A stretch of DNA of 64,000 nt. Source: Octopus bimaculoides. Lineage: Eukaryota. The DNA is taken from contig NC_068992.1 in assembly GCF_001194135.2 (NCBI RefSeq), forward strand, positions 33,173,088 through 33,237,087, given 5' to 3'. A model generated the notes under the pieces. It saw only the letters and a list, made by a program, of their open reading frames with translations. It had not been told where the DNA came from and ran no database searches. The position numbers and the translations under genes are program-made. Position 1 is the stretch's first letter; each line of letters starts with the position of its first letter. Positions 11,650 to 23,861 of this stretch are shown piece after piece.

Positions 11650-13660
11650 AAATAGTTATGACGCATCTCTTAAGGATATACCCATTCCCCCAAGAAAGGT
11701 TTTCCTGAAACAACTCATTAGTAAAACAAACTCCTTTATTAACTGTATTAGATGGCTTCTTTCTTCTTCGACAATAAAAACATTAAACAACCTTCTAATG
11801 ATCTAACTTCTGAATTCAGCAAATTGTTTAAATCTAAAAGCAATCCTCCACCTAACCCAAGATTGAAACAGTTTGAGGACGATCTCTAGTCTATCATGAG
11901 GAATGTGAAATTCCATCGTTCACCCTTAAGGAATAAACATCTGAGATATCTTCACAATATCACCACAGAAATTCACAACATTGATGGGATACTGGTTCAA
12001 TCTGATGAAACAGGAATCATGTACAAATTTACCAAGGATTACTACCTAGAATTGCTTAGGAAAGAAATACAAAAGTATTATAGGATTACTGATAAAAGTG
12101 CAATCAAGAAAGCCAACTTTGAGGCTAAGAAAATTATGGAGAAATATGTCTTACAGATGAAGACTGAACCTCTTGATCCCAAACAACCTCGTTTTATTTT
12201 AAAAGGCCACAAACCAATTTTCTTTAATAACCCAACCTTACGACTTATTTGTCCTGGCTCTGATATCGGTGTACTTAGCAAAAATATTCTAGATAAATAT
12301 ATTTCTTCCTTAGTTAAAAAATTAAAGCTTAATTCATGGTCTAATTTGTTGCAAGTGGTCGACTGGTTTAATTCTATTAATAACAAGAAGTGCACTAAGT
12401 TTATCCAGTTCGACATTTCTAGTTACTATTCCTCTATTAACCCACAGTCTGGCATGCACACAACAAACCAAGTCTCACCAGGTATGAAATTAATGTTGTG
12501 TTAGCTGCTAGAAAATCTATCATTAAATTAAATAACAAGCTATGGGTCCGTAAAGACATGCCCGACAGTTTTGATGTCACGATGGGAAGTTCTGACTCAA
12601 CACATTTGGCTGATTTGGTCGGTATATATATCCTTTATGAAATGGCTGACCAATTCCCAAACATCAATGGAGGTTTATATCGTGATGATTATCTACTCTA
12701 CCTTCAGAATGTTTCAAACCAAAAATTACAAAGGGTTAAAAATAGGTTGGTGAAATTTTTCTGAAACCTGGGCTTAAACATTATTTTCGATGATGATTTA
12801 ACTAAAGCCAACTTTTTGGATATTACCCAGAACTTATATAATGAATCATATTTCCTATACCATAAAGCCTCAACTAATTAAAAAGATAATTAGCCCTTTC
12901 AGTAATCATCTGAAAGCTATTACAAGGAACTTAGAAATATTTCACTTAGACTTTCTAGACTATCTGCTAATGTGGATATCTTTAACAATAAAGCTGAATT
13001 TTATAACTCTGCCTTACTCAAAGCAGGCTATAAAGAAAAAGCATATCATAACGGTAATAGCAATATAAATTTGAATTTGAGTAACAACAATAAATCCAAA
13101 AATGCAATTTTGCAGTGTAAGGGAGATAACCGTTCATTATATCCCTCTATACATGAAAATAAGTCTAGGACTTTTAAAGATAATTACCCTAATAGCAAGG
13201 TGTGGCTTAGTAAAACAGTTTGGCTGATCATTTCATTCGATAAGCAGATCAAATCCAACCTCCCTTTCCAGTTTCGTGAAGCTGTAGATAAAAAATTTCC
13301 AAAAAATTCCAGGAACCTTTCCGTTATCATTTCACACCGGATTAGGATAGATTTTTTCAAACACCAGAAGCCTTTCACAAATCATTTCGTTGCATAACAA
13401 TAAGATGTTAAATACAAATCCACTTAATGAAAATAATAACAGTGATATTATTAATGCTAACCATTCTTTGAATAATAAAAACAATATTATCATTTCTAAT
13501 ATAAATTTGAAAGTAATAATCATAAAATATTTTATTATTTTATGATTATTACTTTGTATTTTATTATAGTTCTTTTTAGTGCATTTACTTATCAAATTTT
13601 TCTATATGCGACTGTGGATTTTCATAGATGAGTTCATGAAGTTTGGTTCTTTTCTCTAAA
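11650..13660 (+). pseudogene. Naiad-type Penelope-like retroelement, decayed reverse transcriptase ORF
   Basis: LKDIPIP..LISK..FI..RW, PP..LKQFEDDL, NNPTLRLICP.SDIG, FIQFDISSYYSSI, FDVTMGS, GLYRDD, NFLDIT, SNH motifs in order; stops and frameshifts. Confidence 0.88.
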
Positions 13661-13710
13661 TTTTATATTTATATGCATATATACATATATATGCATATAT
13701 ATATATATGT

Positions 13711-14045
13711 TGAGACACCCATCGGTCATGACTGACCATGGGATTGCACCTAGAAAGTTACTCTCCAAGGCACACTTCCAGGCAAGGTTGTTTATGGAAG
13801 ACCAGCAGTCACCCATGCATACCGATCTCCCCTCTCCACGCCACCAGTGTTATCTAAGGGAAAGGCAAAGGCTGATACAGCTTTGCATTTGTGACGTCGC
13901 AACTCATTTCTACAGCTAAGTGAACTGGAGCAATGTGAAATAAAGTTTCTTGCTCAAGAACACAATACGCAGCCCAGTCTGGGATTCGAACTCACAACCA
14001 CGCAGTCGTAAGCTCAACACTCTAACCACTGAGTCATGCGCCTTC
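13711..14045 (-). mobile_element. tRNA-derived SINE, family D
   Basis: A box and B box (GAGTTCGAATCC) on minus strand; matches 35560-35893. Confidence 0.88.
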
Positions 14046-14153
14046 ACATATATATTTATATATGTACATGTATATNNNNNNNNNNNNNNNNNNNNNNNNN
14101 NNNNNNNNNNNNNNNNNNNNNNNNNNNTATATATATATACATACACACACATA

Positions 14154-14194
<41 letters not shown>

Positions 14195-14408
14195 ATACAC
14201 ACACACATGTATTAGTCACAGTGAGGATATTTAAACCTTTTATAGGGATATTCACCCAAGATACACTGGTTTAATATATTAAATATTGAAGAAATAATTC
14301 TTCAATGAATGTATTATATAGAATATCGTAAAATATCAAGCATTTTTATCAATTAAGAAAAGAGAGATCTAATAGATACAAAGAAATTTATTAATTAATC
14401 AACATATT

Positions 14409-14510
14409 CACCTACAATTGTTTCATTTCACAAACGAAATTATAATTACAAAACATATATAACATATAATTTTGCATTTTAAATACCTTGTTAGGAAAAT
14501 CATCAGGGTG
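14409..14510 (-). ncRNA. Type I hammerhead ribozyme with intact core and long stem II
   Basis: CACC-CUGAUGA-[73 nt]-GAAAC-AAUU-GUA-GGUG; stem I CACC/GGUG, palindromic AAUU loop III, GUA cleavage triplet, downstream AAUAAA. Confidence 0.8.
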
Positions 14511-14555
14511 CACAGAGGACAATAAGGATTACATTAGGATAATATTTGTATACGT

Positions 14556-15250
14556 GAAGGCACAATGGCCCAGCGGTTAGGGCAGCGGACTCGCGGTCAT
14601 AGGATTGTGGTTTCGATTCCCAGACCAGGCGTTGTGAGTGTTTATTGAGAGAAAACACCTAAAGCTCCACAAGGCTCCGGCAGGGGATGGTGGCGAACCA
14701 TGCTGTACTCTTTCACCACAACTTTCTCTCACTCTTACTCCCTGTTTCTGTTGTGGCTGTAATTCAAAGGGTCAGCCTTGTCACACTGTGGCACGCTGAA
14801 TCTCCCCGAGAACTACGTTAAGGGTACACGTGTCTGTGGAGTGCTCAGCCACTTACACGTTAATTTCATGAGCAGGCTGTTCCGTTGATCGGATCAACTG
14901 GAACCNNNNNNNNNNTAGGGCAGCGGACTCGCGGTCATAGGATTGTGGTTTCGATTCCCAGACCAGGCGTTGTGAGTGTTTATTGAGAGAAAACACCTAA
15001 AGCTCCACAAGGCTCCGGCAGGGGATGGTGGCGAACCATGCTGTACTCTTTCACCACAACTTTCTCTCACTCTTACTCCCTGTTTCTGTTGTGGCTGTAA
15101 TTCAAAGGGTCAGCCTTGTCACACTGTGGCACGCTGAATCTCCCCGAGAACTACGTTAAGGGTACACGTGTCTGTGGAGTGCTCAGCCACTTACACGTTA
15201 ATTTCATGAGCAGGCTGTTCCGTTGATCGGATCAACTGGAACCCTCGACA
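14556..15250 (+). mobile_element. tRNA-derived SINE, family C (Arg-TCG-like head), duplicated across a 10-N gap
   Basis: A box TGGCCCAGCGG, loop ACTCGCG, B box GGTTTCGATTCC; 14578-14905 repeated at 14916-15243. Confidence 0.85.
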
Positions 15251-15640
15251 TCATAAGCTTCTTGTATACACAGAATATACAGACATGTTTACTATGTGTG
15301 TATGTATACATGTGTGCGTGTGTGTGTTGTGTGTGTATGCATGCATTAAAATCGTTCCTTTTATTTCAATTCAATAATGATAATAATAATAATAATCATC
15401 ATGAATGATGGCTTATATTATATAATATATGAGTATTGTAATATAATGAATAAAAGAAAGTAAAATAAAAATAAAGATAAAGTTTATGTTCATGGAATAA
15501 AATAAAGTAAAAACGAAACAAAATTTATACTTATGTTTGTACACGTGTTTGTATATGTGCCCATGCACATGTACACAAGTACATGTACTAAACATGTTCC
15601 CTTAACCATGTTGGCTTTCATTTTATATGCAAAATATACT

Positions 15641-15850
15641 GTCACATGACACTAACTCATGGACGTAGTGGGAAATGTACAAAAGGTTCTAAACTTATCA
15701 CATGTTCATTCTCTAGAAACACTTGAAAAGAAACATTCAGAGCATTGATTGTTTAGTATTACCACTAGACATGTTTAGTAAACAGTGTCACTTGATACTA
15801 ACACACGGACATAGTGGGGAACCTACAAAGATTTCTAAGTCCAATCATGT
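15641..15850 (+). repeat. Diverged direct repeat, period about 146 bp
   Basis: gtcacatgacactaactcatggacgtagtggg (15641) vs gtcacttgatactaacacacggacatagtggg (15787). Confidence 0.7.
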
Positions 15851-16089
15851 GACTAATCTCTACCAATAAAATCCCATTCAAAACATACTAATTTGAGCCA
15901 TGAACTCCCTATAAAAATAAGGCAAGCTTCAAACACTAATCAGAAGAAAGACAGCTGTGACATAAGCAACGTCTTTTATTTGAACTTTTTGAAAATCAAA
16001 GTAAACTGTGAAATCGGTTAAATCTTTAAATATAATATTAAGAAAATATTTTAACTATTCTCAGTGTATTTTCAAATTCTATTTTTCCT

Positions 16090-16118
16090 ATATATGCATA
16101 TATGTACATATATAAATA

Positions 16119-16196
<78 letters not shown>
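16090..16196. repeat. (TA)n microsatellite
   Basis: Direct inspection. Confidence 0.97.
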
Positions 16197-16198
<2 letters not shown>

Positions 16199-16259
16199 AG
16201 ATCAGCACAAAAGTAGTCAACCTCACAAGCGTCTATTTGTAATAGAATTCATATTTAGA

Positions 16260-17310
16260 ATTCAAATATAGGTAAAAAAAATTCCTAATTCTAATTCTAA
16301 TTGATAAGCATTTTAAAGACAGTCATAAGTGTAAGAAATTTTTTTATAAAAATACAATGGAGATATCATATAGTTGTTGCCCCAATGTAAAGAGCATTAT
16401 TGCAAATAAATGTAAACCAGAAGTCGAAGTTGGCTGTAATTATAGAGAACCAGGGCTTTGTCTGTTCCAGCAGCAATGTTTTACAAGATCAATAATATAT
16501 GGAGCAGAGGTTTCAACAACATCTAATGATAAGGATAAGAAAACATATGTTAGCCTATGAGAGGAGCCATTTAAAATTAAATATATTAATCATACTGTGA
16601 CATTTTATCATAAGGATAAGATGAAATGCACTAAACTAGCAAATCACATCTGGACCCTTAAAGAGAGAAGCATTCCATTTACAGTTAAATGGAGAATTTT
16701 AAGGAGATCTAAATACTATATAAATGTAATCTCTGCCTGACAGAAGAATTGATAATTTCATTTAAATCAAGGTTTGCAGATACAGCATTAAACTCCAGAG
16801 CATAAACTTTTCATGGTTGTGTTCATGCAGGAAAATATCTTTTAAGAAATTGGAAGATTCCACCAATCCTTGATTAACTGAATATTCTAATACGCAAGAC
16901 CAAATAACACAGTTCCTTTCCACCATGATCATAATTTGGTATTTGAAGTTGCATCCATTCCTATGTATATGTATTCTTTCCATGCATAACTTAACCCTTT
17001 GCAAGTATCCATTGTAGTTTCTAAAATTTACAAATTATATCCTATATATAGTTTATGTATGTATATTTATAAATAATCTTATGTATATACATGTATAAGT
17101 CTTTCCATCACTAAATATATTTAATTGTAATATCGAGCCCAGCATACTTCATTTACTATTATTATATGTATAAGGTTATACTCCTCTCTTAAATGTTAAT
17201 TGTCATTTGATTAAGGAATTATTGGGAATGGAATCATCCAACTAGAAAAGCATGAACACTGCAGGTTCAAATTTATATAAACCCTTCGGCATAAGGGAAT
17301 TAGTCATTGC
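16260..17310 (+). mobile_element. Naiad-type Penelope-like element 3' fragment: linker, GIY-YIG endonuclease and putative 3' UTR
   Basis: NIGKKFL..LIDKHF, ISYSCCPN, CNY..C.....C, IIYGAEV, TYVSL*E.PFK, TKLANHIWTLK, KWRIL, CNLCLTEE motifs. Confidence 0.82.
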
Positions 17311-17571
17311 CCTGAATATCGTACACATGCATGTGTAAAACCAATGGAAGCAGATAGAGATCAGAAAATATGAGTTCTATTACTAAATATATATATATAT
17401 ATNNNNNNNNNNNNNNNNNNNNNNNNNNNNNNNNNNNNNNNNNNNNNNNNNNNNNNNNNNNNNNNNNNNNNNNNNNNNNNNNNNNNNNNNNNNNNNNNNN
17501 NNTATATATATATATATATATACACACACATGTACACACACATATGCGTACATGCATATGTATGTGTGTAC

Positions 17572-17968
17572 TCTTTACCCTTTTATTCGTTCCAGTCATT
17601 TGACTCTGGCCAAGCTGGAGCACCACCTTTAGTCGAGCAAATCGACCCCAGGACTTATTCTTTGTAAGCCTAGTACTTATTCTCTTGGTCTCTTCTGCCG
17701 AAACGCTAAGTTACGGGGACGTAAACACACCAACATCAGTTGTCAAGTGATGTTGGAGGGACATACACAGACACACAAACACACACACATATACATATAC
17801 ATATATATATGACAGGCTTCTTTCAGTTTCCATCTACCAAATCAACTCACAAGGCTTTGGTCAACCTGAGGCTATTGTAGAAGACAGTTGCCCAAGGTGT
17901 CATGCAGTGAGACTGAACCCAGAACCATGTGGTTGGTAAGCAAGCTACTTACCCCACAGCCACTCCTC
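17572..17968 (-). mobile_element. SINE family A
   Basis: Shared family blocks. Confidence 0.88.
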
Positions 17969-18011
17969 NNNNNNNNNNNNNNNNNNNNNNNNNNNNNNNN
18001 NNNNNNNNNNN

Positions 18012-18047
<36 letters not shown>

Positions 18048-18049
18048 TC

Positions 18050-18395
18050 TTTTACATCAAGCAAATCGACCACAGGACTTATTCTTTGTAAACCTAGTAC
18101 TTATTCTATCAGTCTCTTTTGCCAAACCATTAAGTTACAGGGGATATAAGCACACTAGCATCAGTTGTTAAGTGATGCTGGGTAGGAGAAATGCAGCTAC
18201 ACAACATATACACACACATACACACACACATATATATACAACGAGCTTCTTTCAGTTTCCATCCACCAAATCCACTCACAAGGCTTTGGCTGGCCTGAGA
18301 CCTTAGTAGAAGGCACTTGTCCAAGATGCCATGCAGTGAGACTGAACCCAAAACCATGTGGTTGGTAAGCAAGCTGCTTACCATATAGCTACTCT
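18050..18395 (-). mobile_element. SINE family A
   Basis: Shared family blocks. Confidence 0.85.
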
Positions 18396-18560
18396 TCTGC
18401 CTCTCTCTCTATATATAGTATGAGAAGGGATATAATATCCAGGCAGATACTGAATTTCTCTATATAAAATGCCAAGTCTGGTTCCTTCAGATGGTGCATT
18501 TTATTGTAACTCCCATCTGATGTTACAGTTTATTTCTTGGCTATTTAGAGTGTAAAGTAC

Positions 18561-19008
18561 AATATTAATAATAGGGAGAATTAAGAATTTGAACATAATA
18601 ATTGTCTGATATGTGTTTCAAATGCACTAATTGCATATTGTTGCATTTTTAAACGCAGCAATTTATGCATTATTAGTATGATCTCTTCAGAGTATATAAA
18701 GACAAAATTACTGAAAGGGGAATATTCTTCCAGTATTATTTTGAATTAGACTTTGTAGTAGTAGTAGTCAACCATAACATTCATCAACTCCTAATAGTGG
18801 AGGAAAATTCTTCTTCGGACAATATATTATTTATATACCCTGAAGAGATCATACTAATAATACATAAATCGCTGCATATAAATATGCAACAATATGCAAT
18901 TAGTGTGATTGAAACAAATATGTGTTGGACAATAATAATCAATAAACCAACTGTAAATGAACATAAAGTTTGATTGTTCAAATTCGTCAGTCTGCTTATT
19001 ATCAATAT
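18561..19008. mobile_element. Fold-back element with long-stem HHR in each arm
   Basis: Arms 18561-18712 and 18826-19008 are inverted around a ~110 bp spacer. Confidence 0.8.
18837..18930 (+). ncRNA. Hammerhead ribozyme with 11 bp stem II and large loop
   Basis: CC-CUGAAGA-G-AUCAUACUAAU/AUUAGUGUGAU-U-GAAAC-AA-AUAU-GUGU-U-GG; core intact, stem I only 2 bp. Confidence 0.65.
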
Positions 19009-19022
19009 ATATATAGATATGC

Positions 19023-19073
<51 letters not shown>

Positions 19074-19083
19074 NNNNNNNNNN

Positions 19084-19134
<51 letters not shown>

Positions 19135-19189
19135 TATATAGCTGACTCCCTACTTAATCTAACATTGTAATATCCATATTTGCAACATT

Positions 19190-19880
19190 CCTTAAATTCA
19201 CATTATTACGGTGACCATAATGCTTATACTTACAATACTGCTAACATCTACTCCTACCTCCAGTGGGGGCAACAATCTTAACATGCTTGAATGTTTGAAT
19301 GATGTCAGGTTGGAAGTGAGAACAGGTGAAGCATGCCTGAAAAACGAACACAACAACATCCCTCTTCTTTTCAGGCACTGAATAACATCTCTCCTACCCA
19401 AGCCTCACTCCACATTCCTTTCCCAGTTTTCAGAGTTTCCACTGTCGATGTAGGCACACTGAAAGGTAGGTCTACTGAAATTGTAGAGATGCTCGAAAGG
19501 AGACAGGTTGATGCATGCTGCATACAAGAGGTAAGATGGTGAGGAGCTTCAGCTAAGGTCCTCACAGACATGGCACATAGGTATAAAATATTCTGGCAAG
19601 GTAACATGGAAGGAGTGGGGGGTGTAGGCATACACCTTGAGGAGAAATGGGTGGATAAGGTCATAGAGGTTGTCAGGGTATGCAATAGAATGCTTAAGCT
19701 CAGTTTAGTCCTTCAGAATAGCATAGCTACAATTATCTCTGTCAACGCCCCACAGACAGGACTACCAAACGATCAGAAAGACCATTTTTACGATACCCTT
19801 CTACAGGCTACTTCAAAAACAAATGACAATGACCTCATCTTTGAGGCTAGAGATTTTAATGGGCATGTTAGGCGGAAATC
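19190..19880 (+). mobile_element. RTE LINE 5' fragment, apurinic endonuclease domain
   Basis: STVDVGTLKGRSTEIVEMLERRQVDACCIQEVRW, GVGGVGI, APQTG, DFNGHV; stop present. Confidence 0.88.
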
Positions 19881-20212
19881 ATACAAACTAGCCTGCACAA
19901 TTTGTTGCTGCTGTTTACCATTAGATCAACCCTGACTGAACAGACATATAATTAAAAGTGAACCAGCTAAAACTCTTTCATCTTATTTGTTTAGGACTAC
20001 TTTATATAATGTGTCATTCTATAGTTAAAAGAGTATGGTGTGATTTGATGGAGGTTTGGCTTCCATTTCTGATAGGATATATAAGTTAGTTGCTTCTTAA
20101 TTGACTAGCCATATATAAGTAATTTCTGCATATGCAACATACTATAACATACACAAAATGAATCATGTAGAATATATGTATCATTACATTTAATATCATG
20201 TAATGTATTAAG

Positions 20213-20390
20213 GCAATGAGCTGGCAGAATCATTGTCTTTACATTCTGAGTTTAAATTCTGTTATGGCTGACTTTGCCTTTCAACTTTTCTGGATCAATA
20301 AAATAAGTACCAGTTAAGCACTGGAGTTGATGTAATCAACTTAACCCTTCCTCCAAACTTGATGGTCTTATGCCAAAATTTGAAACCAAT
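20213..20390 (+). mobile_element. SINE family B
   Basis: Shared GACTTTGCCTTTCA...AATAAGTACCAG block. Confidence 0.75.
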
Positions 20391-22289
20391 ATCATGTTCT
20401 GTATACAACAAGTGTCAACCAATAATATATTGCATGCATAACATGTTTGATGATGCATAATATCATGTACTAAATGCACACTTGATTTTGAAAGATTTCC
20501 AACATGGCTTAAAAATACATCCTTACAAGGTTAACTAAGTGATGAATGTTAAGCATCATTCTAAATGACTTAAAGTATTGAACTTCATCCTTCTAGATTC
20601 CCATCTTAAATCCCAACCTGTAGAGAGAGACAGAGTATTTTGATCTAATTGATTTTTCCTGCTCAAAATATTTGCTGCAACTCAGCTCTCTAAAACTAAA
20701 CATACAATAGTTTTAAACAAAATAATACAATGCATAATAGTTTTCCTTTTTTTGTTCAGTGATATATAAAAGTTAACTTTCATATTTAATAGATTTCTAA
20801 AATTGTCTTTTGATTTGCCAGTGCCAACAAGTTTTTTTCCTTTCTCAGATGTTATTATGCTTGAAATATTGCTTAAAAGTCAATATCATCAAAATGTATA
20901 TTTCATCATTTTCTATGATTTTGAAGAAAAACTAAAAAGCAAAAACCATATGAGTCTATGTTCACAGTAAATGGCCATTCTAGTTAATGATTCTTGACAT
21001 GTACTTGACTTCTGAATAAATGGAGCATATTACCTTGGAAAGTTTTCATGAAGAACTGAAACTACATCAACAGAAAGCAGAATCCAAACAACGCAAGACT
21101 TAAAAAAGCAAGGGAAATTTGATTAGGAAACCAAAAGAATAAAAAAAAAAGAATTTTTGACAAGTGACAAATGTAGCTTAACAGACAATAGAGTATACTT
21201 GCAGAACCATGTCTTGTGAGAAATAAAAATATGTACCTTTGCTTGCATTCATCTTACTTCCAATCACGAACAGAGAACAGGATTCAAAGAACTGTGTTTA
21301 CTGTCATTTCTTATGATAGAGAGAGCAACTAATGGGTCTAGGGTGAGACACGAGAAGAAATACTTGTCTCTGCAGTATAAAGAGATATAGATTTGAAATA
21401 GTCAATTTATGTCAAAGGATTTGAAATGTGTTGCTGTTTCATTTTATCCTTCTATTGACTACTTGTTTTCACTTTTATAGAACTATAAAGTATTATTTTG
21501 TTAGTGTTTTGAAGTTCTTGCTTGTCATTTCAGCTTGATAGTGTTTTTGATGTTCTTTATTCCTTTCCTTTGATTTATTTTGGTTTTGTTTGGCAGCTGT
21601 TTTCCTATAGAAGCATATACATTTGATAGTTAGCAAATATGGTCATTGGCTTCAATCTTGCAGCAGAGATTTTCTTTATGGCTACATGCTATTATTTCTT
21701 TCTTTCATTCTTTTTTGGGAGGGAGAAGAGTTAATAATTGAAAATATATTGCTACAGTTTTAATTTTTATTTATTTTTACTTTTAACTATGTAGTTTGAT
21801 ATAAGTGAAGGGCTTTATGCCTTAACTAAGGCAAAAATAGTATATATTGCTTGAAATAGGTTTGAATCTAAAAACTTGCAATTAATTAACTCAGACAGTA
21901 TGACGTATGCAAACTCTTTATGGAAGTAGTTTGTGCATATATTGTTCAGTAACAACAGGCAACCAATGGAAATACATTAATTATCAACTATGCATAGAGA
22001 CTTGTGATGAAGCTTCTACATATTTACTTGGTTTAATCGTTATATTTTCTTACTGAGTCTGAAGTTCTGAAGAATAGAGGCCATGACTGGAGTAGCCCAA
22101 GAGAAAAGACAAAGAGTGAAGAAATCATATTTGTGAACCAGAGTTTGGAGAATGTTGGTAAACGATTCCTTTTCAATTACACTTAAATTTTAAATAAGCA
22201 TAACCAGAATAGTCACTGAATGTGAATAGTTATTATATTTAAAGATTAGTGAGGTTTTACTACTCTTTAAGCCCCATAAAAGCACATGA

Positions 22290-22305
22290 ATCATCTATCT
22301 ATCTA

Positions 22306-22356
<51 letters not shown>

Positions 22357-22450
22357 GCCTGCATCTCCATGTATGTATGTATGTATATACATACATACAT
22401 ACATACATACATACACACATACCTGTCTATCTGTCTGTCTATCTATACAT
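22290..22450. repeat. Compound (TCTA)n(TCTG)n(TACA)n microsatellite
   Basis: Direct inspection. Confidence 0.95.
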
Positions 22451-23162
22451 TATGTGGGAGTGTTCTATTTGTATAAGTGTGTGTATATATGGTAGATAGA
22501 AATTTATGAAGTTAGGTAGTACAATTCCAGTTTTATCTGAGTGAAATATCTAATCACTGAAAGTAGGCAAAGACTCAGCAGGTAATCTGCATTATTAATT
22601 CATGTCCATCTGAATTAAACAAACAGGAAACATGGCCCTCAAATATACCACACTAAGGAAATGTAGAATATTTTCCAAAAGTTACCTGATGAGACTTCTA
22701 GATGTTTCAGTAACTATTTGCTGTGTCAACTTGTGTTGAACCAAAATTAGTTGCACATTTAGTAAATCTACATTTAGCAGTTGTTGTTATCATGAGTTAT
22801 CAACGATGGACAAGGAACAAAGAAGTTACTTTTTTGTGTCAAAGAGAAATGATCTGTCTTGGGAAACTAGTGAAAGAAACATTCACAGAGATCCTTGATT
22901 GATTGAGGATGTCCTCCTTATGTTGAAGATCAAAGTAGGAGACAATCATCTCTTCAAGATTGCCAGGTAAGAAGATATATTGGAATTATTTCAAGAAATT
23001 CTTAATTGAAATCAAATTCTTTCTACACAATGAACTACAATGAAAATCTTTGATCTAAAAAACACACTACATTCTCCTTACGGACATCTATAAATTTTTA
23101 TTAATACCTTTACAAAATGCTTTCTATTGTGAAAATATAAGTATTAGCCACAGGCAATACCA

Positions 23163-23861
23163 AAAGGTAATATTTATCCCTACTTAAAAGTGGATGTTAG
23201 AACACAGGATACTGTGATAATAACCATGAGAAAACTTCTCATACTAGCTTTAGTTGCATATATGCACTCATATTTACATTACTAGCAGGAATATAAATCA
23301 TCCATCATTGCCACTGCCGAACTATCAGATCACGTGATTTTGGCCTTTACTGGTCTCATCAATGGTAAGTGTTCAGACATTGGAGGTAGCAGCAATATCT
23401 CTGCTAGCAATATACATGGACTCTTAAATAGGCACTGGTGTTGTGAATAGTCATCTATCACTAATAACCATGGTTATTAGTGATAGATGCAGTATTAATA
23501 CCAAAAGGGAATATTTATCCCCACTTTTGGTCATTAATAGTTATTTTTTAATAAGTCCACTGGCTCTTCATGATACTATTGCCTATTTCAGCACTGAGGT
23601 TCTACTTATATACCTAGCAGAGATATAGCTGTTATCCCCAATATCTGTTCATCTACCATTGACAAGACCAGAGAAGCCTGAATTCATATGATCTAGTAGA
23701 CTTGGCAGTGATGATGGTGAGTGGTTTATCTCCCTGCTAATGATATAAACAAGTGCTTATATGCAACAAAAGCCAATTTGAAAGTTTCTGTCATGGCACC
23801 TATCACAGTATCCTGTGCTCTAATACAACATCCACTTTTAAGTGGGAATAAGTATTACCTT
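23163..23861. mobile_element. Large fold-back element (~250 bp arms) with degenerate HHR in each arm
   Basis: 23163-23412 is inverted relative to 23608-23861 (visibly diverged); HHR-like motifs at 23324-23366 (-) and 23655-23697 (+). Confidence 0.8.

Noticed and set aside
14556-14630. tRNA-Arg(TCG)-like sequence; also tRNA-like heads at 13975-14045 and 35560-35630
   Set aside because: No proper acceptor stem and continues into a SINE body; SINE heads, not tRNA genes
14578-15243. Apparent tandem SINE duplication
   Set aside because: Copies are essentially identical and separated by exactly 10 N; typical contig-overlap artefact
21020-21103. Short ORF MEHITLESFHEELKLHQQKAESKQRKT
   Set aside because: In-frame stop immediately upstream, no acceptor, only 27 codons, no recognisable homology
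22681-22714. CTGATGAG inside a small inverted repeat
   Set aside because: No GAAA after a stem II, so not a hammerhead
22850-22972. Perfect donor CCAG|GTAAGA
   Set aside because: All frames from nearby acceptors contain stops; could only be a non-coding or first exon, which cannot be supported here
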